This document shows positions 26,961 through 35,941 of a stretch of DNA of 64,000 nt, in pieces. The notes beneath the pieces were generated by a model that saw only the letters and a program-made list of their open reading frames with translations, ran no database searches and was not told the origin of the DNA. A program made the translations under genes and the position numbers. Every line of letters begins with the position of its first letter. The first letter of the stretch is position 1. This stretch comes from an uncultured virus (IMG/VR IMGVR_UViG_3300011635_000012) (lineage: Duplodnaviria; Heunggongvirae; Uroviricota; Caudoviricetes), in the IMG/VR virus record IMGVR_UViG_3300011635_000012. One strand, 5' to 3'.

Positions 26961-28873
26961 AAGGCTGGTACGCCATCAAGGCGGCCAGCGATGGCGCAAG
27001 TGCAACAATTCAGGTTTATGAGGAGATCGGCGGATGGGGTATTACTGCGCAGCAGTTTGCCGATGACCTGAAAGCCCTGGGCGATGTATCGCACATCAAC
27101 CTGAACATTCACTCCCCGGGCGGTGACGTATTCGACGGCATCGCTATCTATAACTTTCTGAGCAAACATCCGGCAAAAATCACTGTGCACATCGATGGGC
27201 TGGCGGCGTCTATGGCGTCAGTTATCGCAATGGCAGGGGATCGCATCGTCATGCCTGAGAATGCCCTCATGATGATTCACAAGCCGTGGGGCATTTCAGG
27301 CGGGAACGCCAACGACATGCGCGACTATGCCGAGCTTCTGGACAAAGTTGAAAACGTCCTTATCCCGGCCTATGCACGCAAAACGGGTAAATCTGCTGAG
27401 GTTCTGGCAGCGATGCTGGAAGAAGAAACCTGGATGAACGGTGCTGAATGTGTGGCCCAGGGCTTCGCCGATGAGCTATTACCGGCGGTTAGCGCAATGG
27501 CCTGTATTGAATCGAAACGAATTGAGGATTTTGAGCATATGCCAAAAGAAATTAAAGGGATGATCACCAGCCCGAAAGGTTCCACCAGTAGCGCTGTACC
27601 GGAACAGAACCGCATCAACGGGATTAAGGATCTGTTTGCCATGTTCGGCGGCAAGCATGATTCTCTCAAGATGCAGTGTCTGGAGGATGTGGATTGCACG
27701 CCTGAAAAAGCAAAAGACATGCTGCTGACGGCACTGGGTAAGACCTCGACCCCATCGGATAAAACCAGTAACGCGCATATTTACGCAGGTAACGGCAACA
27801 TTACCGGCGATGCTATCCGCCAAGGGCTTTTTGCCCGTATGGGTCACGAACGCGCCGAAAGGGGAAACCCTTACGCCATGATGAGTCTATTTGAAATGGC
27901 GCAGGCTTCGCTGGTGGATCGAGGTATCAGTGTTAGTGGTTTCGGTAACCGCTCGCAGATTGTTAATCTGGCCTTCACGCACAGCACCAGTGATTTCTCT
28001 CATATCCTGGCTGGTGGTGCTGAAAAGTCGGTGCTGACTGGCTGGCAGAACAGCGGGGAAACTTTCCAGCAGTGGACAAAGACCGGTTCTCTGTCGAATT
28101 TCCATGAGGCTAAACGTGTCGGTCTGAATGGTTTTTCAGAACTGGATAAAGTCCCGGAAGGTGCTGAATACAAATATGTCACCACCAGCGACAGCGGTGT
28201 GCCTATCGCGCTGGCTACCTATGGAAACATCTTCTCTGTTACCCGCCAGGCCATTATCAACGATGACCTGAGCCAGCTCACGACAATCCCACAGGCAATG
28301 GGGCGTGCCGCTGCACGAACGGTTGGCAATCTGGTCTACCTGCAACTGACCGCTAACAGCAAATTCACAGATGGTAAAGCGTTGTTCCACGTCGACCATA
28401 AAAACCTCATCGCTAAAGGGATGGATACAGACGGACTCAATGAGGCCCGTAAGGCCATGCGCCTGCAGGAGGATGCAAACGGCGACCCTATCAACGTCAT
28501 TCCTGCCTATATTCTCGTACCGGCGGCGCTGGAAGGGCAGGCAAATCGCGCCGTGCTCTCCTCCTCTTCACTGTTCCCGGTAGACCAGAGTGGCACGCTG
28601 AATCAAAACCCCGGCATTATTAACGTCGTGAAGGATATGGCGCAGGTAGTGGTTGAGCCGCGACTGGACAAGGCCAACAACAAGGAGTGGTACGTCACTG
28701 CAGCGCAAGGCGCCGACACTATCGAGGTGGCTTATCTGGATGGAATGGACGTGCCGTATCTGGAGCAGCAAGAGGGCTTCACTGTGGACGGTATTGCATG
28801 GAAGGTGCGTATCGATGCTGGCGTGGCGGCGCTGGATTATCGGGGTATGGTGAAGTCGAGCGGGGCGGCATGA
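26957..28873 (+). CDS. Satellite ClpP-major capsid fusion protein
   Basis: Colinear with the helper gene: SPGGDVFDG, MMIHKPWG, THSTSDF, TRQAIINDDL, VRIDAGVA. Confidence 0.93.
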   Translation: MKGWYAIKAASDGASATIQVYEEIGGWGITAQQFADDLKALGDVSHINLNIHSPGGDVFDGIAIYNFLSKHPAKITVHIDGLAASMASVIAMAGDRIVMPENALMMIHKPWGISGGNANDMRDYAELLDKVENVLIPAYARKTGKSAEVLAAMLEEETWMNGAECVAQGFADELLPAVSAMACIESKRIEDFEHMPKEIKGMITSPKGSTSSAVPEQNRINGIKDLFAMFGGKHDSLKMQCLEDVDCTPEKAKDMLLTALGKTSTPSDKTSNAHIYAGNGNITGDAIRQGLFARMGHERAERGNPYAMMSLFEMAQASLVDRGISVSGFGNRSQIVNLAFTHSTSDFSHILAGGAEKSVLTGWQNSGETFQQWTKTGSLSNFHEAKRVGLNGFSELDKVPEGAEYKYVTTSDSGVPIALATYGNIFSVTRQAIINDDLSQLTTIPQAMGRAAARTVGNLVYLQLTANSKFTDGKALFHVDHKNLIAKGMDTDGLNEARKAMRLQEDANGDPINVIPAYILVPAALEGQANRAVLSSSSLFPVDQSGTLNQNPGIINVVKDMAQVVVEPRLDKANNKEWYVTAAQGADTIEVAYLDGMDVPYLEQQEGFTVDGIAWKVRIDAGVAALDYRGMVKSSGAA

Positions 28874-28880
28874 CGACAGG

Positions 28881-28905
28881 AGGGCGGCAGATGCTGCCCT
28901 TTTTT
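28881..28905 (+). terminator. Intrinsic terminator
   Basis: AGGGCGGCA-ga-TGCTGCCCT plus T run. Confidence 0.75.
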
Positions 28906-28908
28906 AAA

Positions 28909-29000
28909 AGGTACTCCCGGCGGGGATGCCTGCCACGGGGCGGCGGCATCGCGGGAAACGGCTAGTTTTTGGTTTTCATGGACATCATCATCATCTTATA
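28909..29000 (+). other. Satellite cos site
   Basis: CCTGCCACGGGGCGGC..CGCGG.AAACGGCTAGTTTTT shared with the helper cos; same cosQ-cosN spacing. Confidence 0.85.
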
Positions 29001-29085
29001 ACTGACTGATTTTTATTAGGTAAAAAATACGAAGAATGGTAAAGATGATGATTTGTATGTTTTTCCTTCATCATCATGAGGTTTC

Positions 29086-29286
29086 ATGCGTTTAATAAAA
29101 CTGACAATCAGCGAACTTGCTGCTGTAACTGGAATTCATCGGCAGACGATATCCAAGCGGCTTAAAGAAACTGAGCCTCTTCCGGGAAGCAGCTCTAAGA
29201 AAAAAATCTACGATTTGAAAGTGGCGTTAAAGGTCCTGTATTCAGATAAGAGGAAAACAGAATGTAAAACAAAACCGAAATTATGA
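29086..29286 (+). CDS. Mini small-terminase wHTH (Rpp-like candidate)
   Basis: LTISELAAVTGIHRQTISKRLK vs helper LNINQLAGITGVHRQTVAARLK. Confidence 0.75.
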   Translation: MRLIKLTISELAAVTGIHRQTISKRLKETEPLPGSSSKKKIYDLKVALKVLYSDKRKTECKTKPKL

Positions 29287-29316
29287 TGACTGTTAGGCTG
29301 GGCATCATTCAAAAGC

Positions 29317-29493
29317 AATCCCCTCAGGCTATTGGATTAGCAGGCAAACAATCTGCAGATAACAGGACCAGTGATGCTTTCGGCGGTGTGACCAATACAG
29401 TTTCTCAGGGATATTCAGTCCCACTGCTTTATGGTGAGCGTTGTAGAAGGAGCCATCATTTCAGCTGGTATCTATGTTGAAGAGCAGTTGTAA
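29317..29493 (+). pseudogene. Decayed 3' fragment of tail assembly gene I
   Basis: SPQAIGLAGKQSADNR..FGGVTNTVSQGY.VPLLYG, then frameshift to GAIISAGIYVEEQL*. Confidence 0.8.
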
Positions 29494-29608
29494 GTAATGA
29501 TGGCTTTTAGCCCGATGAGATGAAAACTCTCAATAAAGAAATTTGAGCATACTATCCGTGAATCGCGAGGCTAGTCGCGGACACCTAATTGCAGATTTCC
29601 TGTAGTAC

Positions 29609-30307
29609 TCAGGTCTTAGGAATGTCCTGATTTTTTTCGATAAACGCCCTAAGGTCTTCTTTCTCTTTTTGACGGTCTTCTGACGTATATATATGGGTGC
29701 TGATTTTCTTATGCCCACTGGTGATGTGAGATATATCTTGCTGAATTTTTTCGAGGCTTTTTGCGATTGAGTAGAGATTTGGCGTTCCTAACTGGTATGT
29801 GCCTTTAAGCTCTGACATATCAATGATTGACTGTTCTATATACTTAACGCCGGTTGTACTCTGGTATGAAATCTCGATAACTAGAACAGACTCAATTTTA
29901 TCATTATAATGCTGTGTCATTTGACTGTAATGAGAGAAACGTTCTTGTCCTGGGCCGAAGTACTTCAACCCTATTTTTAAAAAATTTGCTTTAGTGAAAT
30001 CATCAATGAGAGTTTGTGCTATTTGACCACCGGAGATGACTTTTAGATTAAATTTGATGTTTATGGCAGGCCCGAGGCCTATGTTCCTGACATGCAATCG
30101 AACGATATTTATAGCAAAATCAAAAGGTTTGATGGTTATTTCAATCTTTGGTTCTGTCTGAACTTGTCTCATTTTGGTTGTTTCAGAAACCAGTTTTCCT
30201 GTAAGAATGGAATAAACAACCGTTGATAAAGTAACAACTGCTGTGAATAGAACGGTTAGCGCACCAGAATTTTTATTTAGGAAATATAAAACCTCGGATG
30301 TACTCAT
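29609..30307 (-). CDS. Low-GC membrane-anchored hypothetical protein
   Basis: N-terminal TM; VRNIGLGPA. Confidence 0.7.
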   Translation of the reverse strand: MSTSEVLYFLNKNSGALTVLFTAVVTLSTVVYSILTGKLVSETTKMRQVQTEPKIEITIKPFDFAINIVRLHVRNIGLGPAINIKFNLKVISGGQIAQTLIDDFTKANFLKIGLKYFGPGQERFSHYSQMTQHYNDKIESVLVIEISYQSTTGVKYIEQSIIDMSELKGTYQLGTPNLYSIAKSLEKIQQDISHITSGHKKISTHIYTSEDRQKEKEDLRAFIEKNQDIPKT

Positions 30308-30522
30308 CTTTAGGCCTCGCATTTATAAAAGTAGAAGTGGTTATCGGGGATGAACTTATCTGCAAATACTACGCTCGGGTTTCCTATGATACCCATAGGA
30401 AATTCCAAGGGCTTAAGCTTGTGCGCAAGCCCTTGAAATTTGGTTGCTCCTAATGGATGTGAACCAGCAACCAAGCGATATGGAATTTCTACTAAATGTA
30501 TGAGCATTTCAATTTAAGTATA

Positions 30523-30882
30523 TTAAACAGAAAAGTTGTAATAACTGCTAGTTTCATAATCGAATATGGTGATGCTATTACCTGATATAGTTACATCAAA
30601 ATAACATGATGAGTCATAATCGAAACCTGAGTAATTACTTCCAGATAACTTAAGGTCTACATAACTACTTGAATCATAATTAAAAAAATTCAGCGTTTGC
30701 GCATTGGAACCTGAAAAGTAAGACGAGGATGTATAGTCAAACCCATTCACTATACCGCCATCCAATTTAGTGTCGAGATTTATATAAGTGGACCTCGATT
30801 GATCGAATACACTTGTGATTCTCTTATTTAACTTATGCGCCGCGACGATTGAAGCGACCCTGGCACGTACATTCTGTTTCAT
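30523..30882 (-). CDS. Low-GC small protein with FDYxSSxY repeats
   Basis: Five imperfect internal repeats. Confidence 0.7.
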   Translation of the reverse strand: MKQNVRARVASIVAAHKLNKRITSVFDQSRSTYINLDTKLDGGIVNGFDYTSSSYFSGSNAQTLNFFNYDSSSYVDLKLSGSNYSGFDYDSSCYFDVTISGNSITIFDYETSSYYNFSV

Positions 30883-31022
30883 CGGAAATCCTTTTATGAA
30901 GATAGAACTTCAATCTGAGTCAAAGATGTTTTGACAAGTTTCTAAACTGTTATGTCGTGATCCACATACTTCTGAATACTGCGGGAGAAGCAACCAATCA
31001 TTTCAATTCTCCATCCTTATGA

Positions 31023-31046
31023 TGTGTATTGCAATGTGTATTGCAG
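31023..31046 (+). repeat. Integrase arm-type tandem repeat
   Basis: Identical to 20481-20504. Confidence 0.8.
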
Positions 31047-31115
31047 CTAATTCTCTCCCCTATGATTTTTTAAAAAAAATCATTTTAAATCAACAGGTTT
31101 TTTTCATGCTATTGC

Positions 31116-32771
31116 ATGATGATCCATAAGCCCTGGGGGTTTGCTGGTGGTGACGCGAGCGATATGCGCGACTATGCGGATCTTCTCGACAAGGTTGAAT
31201 CCGTTCTTATCCCGGCGTATGCGCAGAAAACCGGAAAATCCACTGAAGAAATTGCGGCAATGCTGGAGGACGAAACCTGGATGAACGGCAGCGAGTGCCT
31301 TGAACTGGGTTTTGCCGACCAGGTGACACCATCCCTTCAGGCTATGGCCTGTATTCATTCAAAACGTATTGAGGAATTTGAAAAAATGCCAAAAAGCATT
31401 CGCAACATGATCACCCCGCCGCGCAACACTACCCAGCGTGACCCGGTTATTACCCAGCCTCAGGCACCACAGGCAAATACAGACCCGGCACCGGATGAAA
31501 ATGCGATCCGCGCGCAGGTGTTGGCTGAGCAGAAAGCCCGTGTTAACGCTATCGGCGATCTCTTTGCCATGTTCGGCAATAAGCACATGGATCTGCAGAA
31601 TCAGTGTGTGGCCGACCCTGATTGTTCCGTCGATAAGGCGAAAGATTTGCTGCTGGCAGAACTCGGTAAAACGGCCACGCCGTCCAATAAAACCACTCAG
31701 CCACATATTCATGCGGGCAACGGTAACTTCGTCGCGGATGGTATTCGCCAGGCACTGATGGCGCGTGCCGGGTTCGAAGGTCAGGTGCGGGATAACGTTT
31801 ATAACGGTATGACGCTGCGCGAGTATGCGCGTATGGCCCTGACAGAAAAAGGTATCGGCGTGGCCAGCTACAACCCGATGCAGATGGTTGGCCTGGCGCT
31901 GACCCACAGCACCTCTGACTTTGGCAACATTCTGCTTGATGTTGCGAACAAAGCGCTGATTCAGGGCTGGGACGAGGCGCAGGAAACCTTCGAGCAGTGG
32001 ACCAAAAAAGGCCAGCTGTCCGACTTCAAAACGGCGCATCGTGTCGGTATGGGTGGTTTCCCTTCTCTGCGACAGGTTCGCGAAGGGGCTGAGTACAAGT
32101 ACATCACTACCAGTGACAAAGGCGAAACCATCGCGCTTGCCACGTATGGTGAAATCTTCTCAGTAACCCGCCAGGCGATCATCAACGACGATCTGAACCA
32201 GCTTACCGACGTACCGATGAAGATGGGGCGCGCGGCGAAAGCAACGATTGGCGATCTGGTTTACGCCATTCTGACCAAAAACCCGAAACTCTCAGACGGA
32301 AAGGCGCTGTTCCATGCCGATCACAAGAACCTGAGCTCGGGCGCAATTTCTGTGGCCAGCCTGGACGAATCGCGCAAGCTGATGCGTCTGCAGAAGGAGG
32401 GGGAGCGAACCCTGAATATCCGTCCAGCCTACATGCTGGTGCCCGTCGCCCTGGAAACTCTGGCAAATCAGACCATCAAGTCGGCAAGTGTTAAAGGTGC
32501 AGACATCAATGCCGGGATCGTTAACCCTATCCAGAACTTTGCAGAAGTCATTGCCGAACCGCGCCTGGATGAAGCTGATGCGAAAGCTTGGTATCTGGCT
32601 GCCGCGAAGGGCACCGACACCATCGAGGTCGCTTATCTCAACGGCGTCGACACGCCATACATCGATCAGCAGGAAGGCTTCACCACTGATGGTATCGCCA
32701 CGAAAGTGCGTATTGATGCAGGTGTGGCACCGCTGGACTACCGCGGTATGACCAAATCCTCTGGTCAGTAA
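31116..32771 (+). pseudogene. 3' part of the helper ClpP-major capsid gene (starts at attR core 31116-31127)
   Basis: MMIHKPWG continues the 5' part in frame; reconstituted product ~671 aa. Confidence 0.92.
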
Positions 32772-32793
32772 AAAACAGTCCTGACAAACAGAT

Positions 32794-32812
32794 GCCCGTA
32801 AGGGCTTTTTTT
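32794..32812 (+). terminator. Intrinsic terminator after capsid
   Basis: GCCC-gtaa-GGGC plus T run. Confidence 0.65.
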
Positions 32813-32853
32813 ATACCTGAAACCAGCCCCGCATGGGGCTGAATGGAGAAGTT

Positions 32854-33180
32854 ATGGCTAAGAACTATGCGCAGGACGGGAAAACGATCCCGCTGGTAAA
32901 CAGTGGTGCAACCGATATTCAGAGCGGCGACCCGGTTGTTGTTGGAAAACTTATCGCAGTGGCGATTACCAATATTCCGGCAGGCGACACCGGGGACGGT
33001 TTTGCTGAAGGTGTATTCCTTCTGCCAAAAGTTTCCGCCGATGCGGTGACTGCCGGGGCGCAGGTGTATCTGAAGGACGGCAAAATCACGATCGATGAAA
33101 CGGATGCCGTTGCCGCAGGCATCGCCTGGGAAGATGCACCGGTAAACACCACCGTTGTTGAAGTTAAGATTAATGTCTAA
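32854..33180 (+). CDS. DUF2190-like head protein
   Basis: MAKNYAQDGKTI..EGVFLLPK. Confidence 0.75.
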   Translation: MAKNYAQDGKTIPLVNSGATDIQSGDPVVVGKLIAVAITNIPAGDTGDGFAEGVFLLPKVSADAVTAGAQVYLKDGKITIDETDAVAAGIAWEDAPVNTTVVEVKINV

Positions 33181-33448
33181 TCCCTTTGATCGGATGGCGG
33201 CTCGCATGGACGCGGCCACCATAAAAAAGATGGGAAAAACGGCTCTGATTAACGGAATCACATACGACGTTATCTCTGCTGAGTTGCTTGAAGAGATGGG
33301 GCCATTATCAGGGAACTTACGTTCTCTGGTGGTATTCAGTGGAGAATATACCCCGCGGCGAAACGATGAAGTGGTTTGGGAAGGCAAAAACTGGATCGTC
33401 ACACGTCACGAACTGTTTAACGGGAAACCTCGTATCTTCATTGAGTAG
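33173..33448 (+). CDS. Head-tail joining protein
   Basis: Position; NPFDRMAARMD. Confidence 0.7.
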   Translation: MSNPFDRMAARMDAATIKKMGKTALINGITYDVISAELLEEMGPLSGNLRSLVVFSGEYTPRRNDEVVWEGKNWIVTRHELFNGKPRIFIE

Positions 33449-33456
33449 GAGGGGCT

Positions 33457-34011
33457 ATGTCGATCAAAGGCCTCGAGCAGGCTATCGCAAACCTCAACAG
33501 CATCAGCAAAACGGCCGTACCACGTGCCTCTGCCCAGTCGGTTAACCGTATTGCCGGGCAGGCCATCAACCGAAGCGTTTCTGTCGTTTCGAAATCGACT
33601 CGAGTACCTCGAAAACTGGTTAAGCAACGTGCCCGGTTACGGCGAGCTACCGTCAGTAAACCACGCGCACTTATTCGGGTGAACCGGGGAAATCTCCCCG
33701 CCATAAAACTCGGTCCCGCCAGTGTTCGTCTGTCCCGCAGAAAACGGGATAAGTCGGGTGCAAACAGTGTGCTCAGAATAGGCCCGTTTCGTTTTCCAGG
33801 CGCTTTTATCCAGCAACTGGCAAACGGTCGATGGCATGTGCTGCGACGCACCACAAAGAACCGCTACCCCATTGAAGTGGTCAGCATTCCCCTGGCTGTT
33901 CCCCTTACAGAGGCCTTCCGTGCGGAGTTGCCCCGCCTGATGGACGAAAACATGCCAGCAGTTATGCGCCAGAACCTGCAAAACCAACTGAGGTTGATAC
34001 TTAAACGATGA
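33457..34011 (+). CDS. Tail completion protein (gpZ-like)
   Basis: IKGLEQAIANL, RYPIEVV. Confidence 0.85.
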   Translation: MSIKGLEQAIANLNSISKTAVPRASAQSVNRIAGQAINRSVSVVSKSTRVPRKLVKQRARLRRATVSKPRALIRVNRGNLPAIKLGPASVRLSRRKRDKSGANSVLRIGPFRFPGAFIQQLANGRWHVLRRTTKNRYPIEVVSIPLAVPLTEAFRAELPRLMDENMPAVMRQNLQNQLRLILKR

Positions 34012-34406
34012 AACACCCGCAGATACGCGCCGCCGTTCTGACGGCCCTGAAACGCAGTATCACAGAACCAATAACCTGGTTCGACGGACGTCCAGGATTT
34101 CTCGAAGAAGAAGATCTGCCAGCTGTTGCCGTCTATCTGACTGACGCTCGAGCTTCAGAAGATAGCGTGGATGAAGATATGTGGACCGCACTGCTGCATA
34201 TCGAGGTATTTCTGAAGGCAAAAGAGACAGATTCAGCTCTGGATGCCTGGATGGAAGAAAAAGTGTACCCGGTTCTGTCTGACATTCCCGAATTGCTACC
34301 CCTAATCGAACTGATGAATGCAAATGGCTATGACTATCAGCGAGATGAAGAAGTGATGATGTGGGGATCAGCCGATCTCAGTTATTTAATCAGCTATGTA
34401 ATGTGA
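34008..34406 (+). CDS. Tail terminator (gpU-like)
   Basis: [20 protein letters not shown]. Confidence 0.88.
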   Translation: MKHPQIRAAVLTALKRSITEPITWFDGRPGFLEEEDLPAVAVYLTDARASEDSVDEDMWTALLHIEVFLKAKETDSALDAWMEEKVYPVLSDIPELLPLIELMNANGYDYQRDEEVMMWGSADLSYLISYVM

Positions 34407-34413
34407 GGATCCT

Positions 34414-35151
34414 ATGGCCACACCAAACCCGCTGGCGCCAACAAAAGGTGCCGGTACCACTCTCTGGGTTTACACCGGAACCGGTGACCCCTATGCCAAT
34501 CCGCTTTCAGACGTTGACTGGTTGCGCCTCGCAAAGATTAAAGACCTGCAGCCCGGTGAACTGACGGCTGAATCTGAAGATGACACCTACATCGATGATG
34601 AGAATGCCGACTGGACATCAACGATGCAGGGGCAGAAATCAGCCGGTGAAACCAACCTGACGCTCGCGTGGATGCCTGGAGATTCCGGGCAGCAGGACCT
34701 GGTGAACTGGTTCGATGAGGGCACCGTGAGGGGATATAAAATCAAATATCCGAATGGGGTTGTCGATGTGTTTAAGGGCTGGGTGAGCAGCCTCGGTAAA
34801 ACCATTACGTCCAAAGAGGTCATGACCCGCACGGCCAAAATCACAAACAACGGCAAACCATCGCTGGCAGAGGACAGCGGTACCGCGCCGATTGCTGTTA
34901 CGGGGATCAGTCTGGATAAATCCACTGCAGCTGTAGCGGTCGCAGCCACAACGCAACTGGTGGTTTCAGTCCTTCCGGCCAGTGCGTCAGATAAATCCTT
35001 CCGCGTAGCCAGCTCTGAACCTTCAAAAGCGACGGTCACCGTTAACGGCAATACCCTGACTGTCACCGGCGTGGCGGCGGGCACCGTAGAAATCATCGTT
35101 ATGAGCAATGACGGTAACTTTGTGGCGATCTGCAAAGTCACTGTTTCCTGA
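34414..35151 (+). CDS. Major tail protein (gpV-like, C-terminal Ig domain)
   Basis: [20 protein letters not shown]. Confidence 0.92.
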   Translation: MATPNPLAPTKGAGTTLWVYTGTGDPYANPLSDVDWLRLAKIKDLQPGELTAESEDDTYIDDENADWTSTMQGQKSAGETNLTLAWMPGDSGQQDLVNWFDEGTVRGYKIKYPNGVVDVFKGWVSSLGKTITSKEVMTRTAKITNNGKPSLAEDSGTAPIAVTGISLDKSTAAVAVAATTQLVVSVLPASASDKSFRVASSEPSKATVTVNGNTLTVTGVAAGTVEIIVMSNDGNFVAICKVTVS

Positions 35152-35189
35152 TAACCGGGGCGTGAGCCCCGTTCCGACCCGGAGTAAAT

Positions 35190-35612
35190 ATGTTTCTAAA
35201 GAGCGAACTGCTGGAAAGTAACGGCAGCAGCGTCACATTGTTCCAGCTTTCGGCGCTTCAGCGTATTGAATACCTCGAATACCTGAAGCAGCTGGAGGCA
35301 GTTGAAGCTGGCGATTTCCAGGCGGCCATCACCCTCACCGTAAAAAGTGGGGCGTTCCTCGTGGCGATGTCGCTCTGGCACGGCCATGAACTGAAAGGCT
35401 CCCAGGGAGAAAATGCTGCGGCGGAAGTGGCAAAGATTCAGGATGAGGTCATGCAGTCATGGCCGACAGAACTGGTTGCCGAAGCGGAATATAAGGTGAA
35501 GCTCCTGTCCGGGATGATTGCGCCGGTAACTGATGACCAGGCAGCGTCCGCCGAAGAAGGTTATAAACCCGCTGAACCCGTTACTGCGGAAAAGCCCTCG
35601 CCAGTGAGCTGA
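35190..35612 (+). CDS. Tail assembly chaperone gpG
   Basis: MFLKSE..LSALQRIEYL. Confidence 0.88.
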   Translation: MFLKSELLESNGSSVTLFQLSALQRIEYLEYLKQLEAVEAGDFQAAITLTVKSGAFLVAMSLWHGHELKGSQGENAAAEVAKIQDEVMQSWPTELVAEAEYKVKLLSGMIAPVTDDQAASAEEGYKPAEPVTAEKPSPVS

Positions 35613-35941
35613 AATTTGCCATGAAACTGGCGCGTGAGTTCGGTCGCCCGGACTGGCGTGCCATGCTTGCTGGCATGTCCTCAACGGAGTACGGCGACTG
35701 GAAAATCTTCTATCAGGACAATTACTTTCATGATGCGCAGCTGGACGCACACTTCTCCGGCTTGCTCTACACCATCTCAACCCTGTTTTTTGCCGATCCG
35801 GAGTTAACCCCGGACAGTTTCAGCATTCTTAATACTGCACCGGAACCCATCGACATTGATGAACCGGATGACAATACGCTGATGGCGAAGGCTGCAGGTA
35901 TTTCAGGAGGCGTGCGCTATGGCCCAGACGGCAGTCGGTGA
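35594..35941 (+). CDS. gpT part of gpGT, reached by -1 frameshift at G-GAA-AAG (35588-35594)
   Basis: -1 frame reads ALASELKFAMKLAREFGRPDWRAMLAGM, like lambda T. Confidence 0.8.
   Translation, partial: ALASELKFAMKLAREFGRPDWRAMLAGMSSTEYGDWKIFYQDNYFHDAQLDAHFSGLLYTISTLFFADPELTPDSFSILNTAPEPIDIDEPDDNTLMAKAAGISGGVRYGPDGSR

Larger units (their letters stand above)
20341..31127. mobile_element. Helper-embedded PICI-like satellite, ~10.8 kb
   Basis: Flanked by ATGATGATCCAT direct repeats; int-alpA-icd-primase-ori-capsid-cos organisation. Confidence 0.92.

Noticed and set aside
20341..31127. Capsid-forming PICI (cf-PICI) or a second complete prophage
   Set aside because: No portal, large terminase, head-tail connector, tail or lysis genes in the element
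35588..35594. G-T programmed frameshift as a novelty
   Set aside because: Standard feature of lambda-like tails; listed as a feature only
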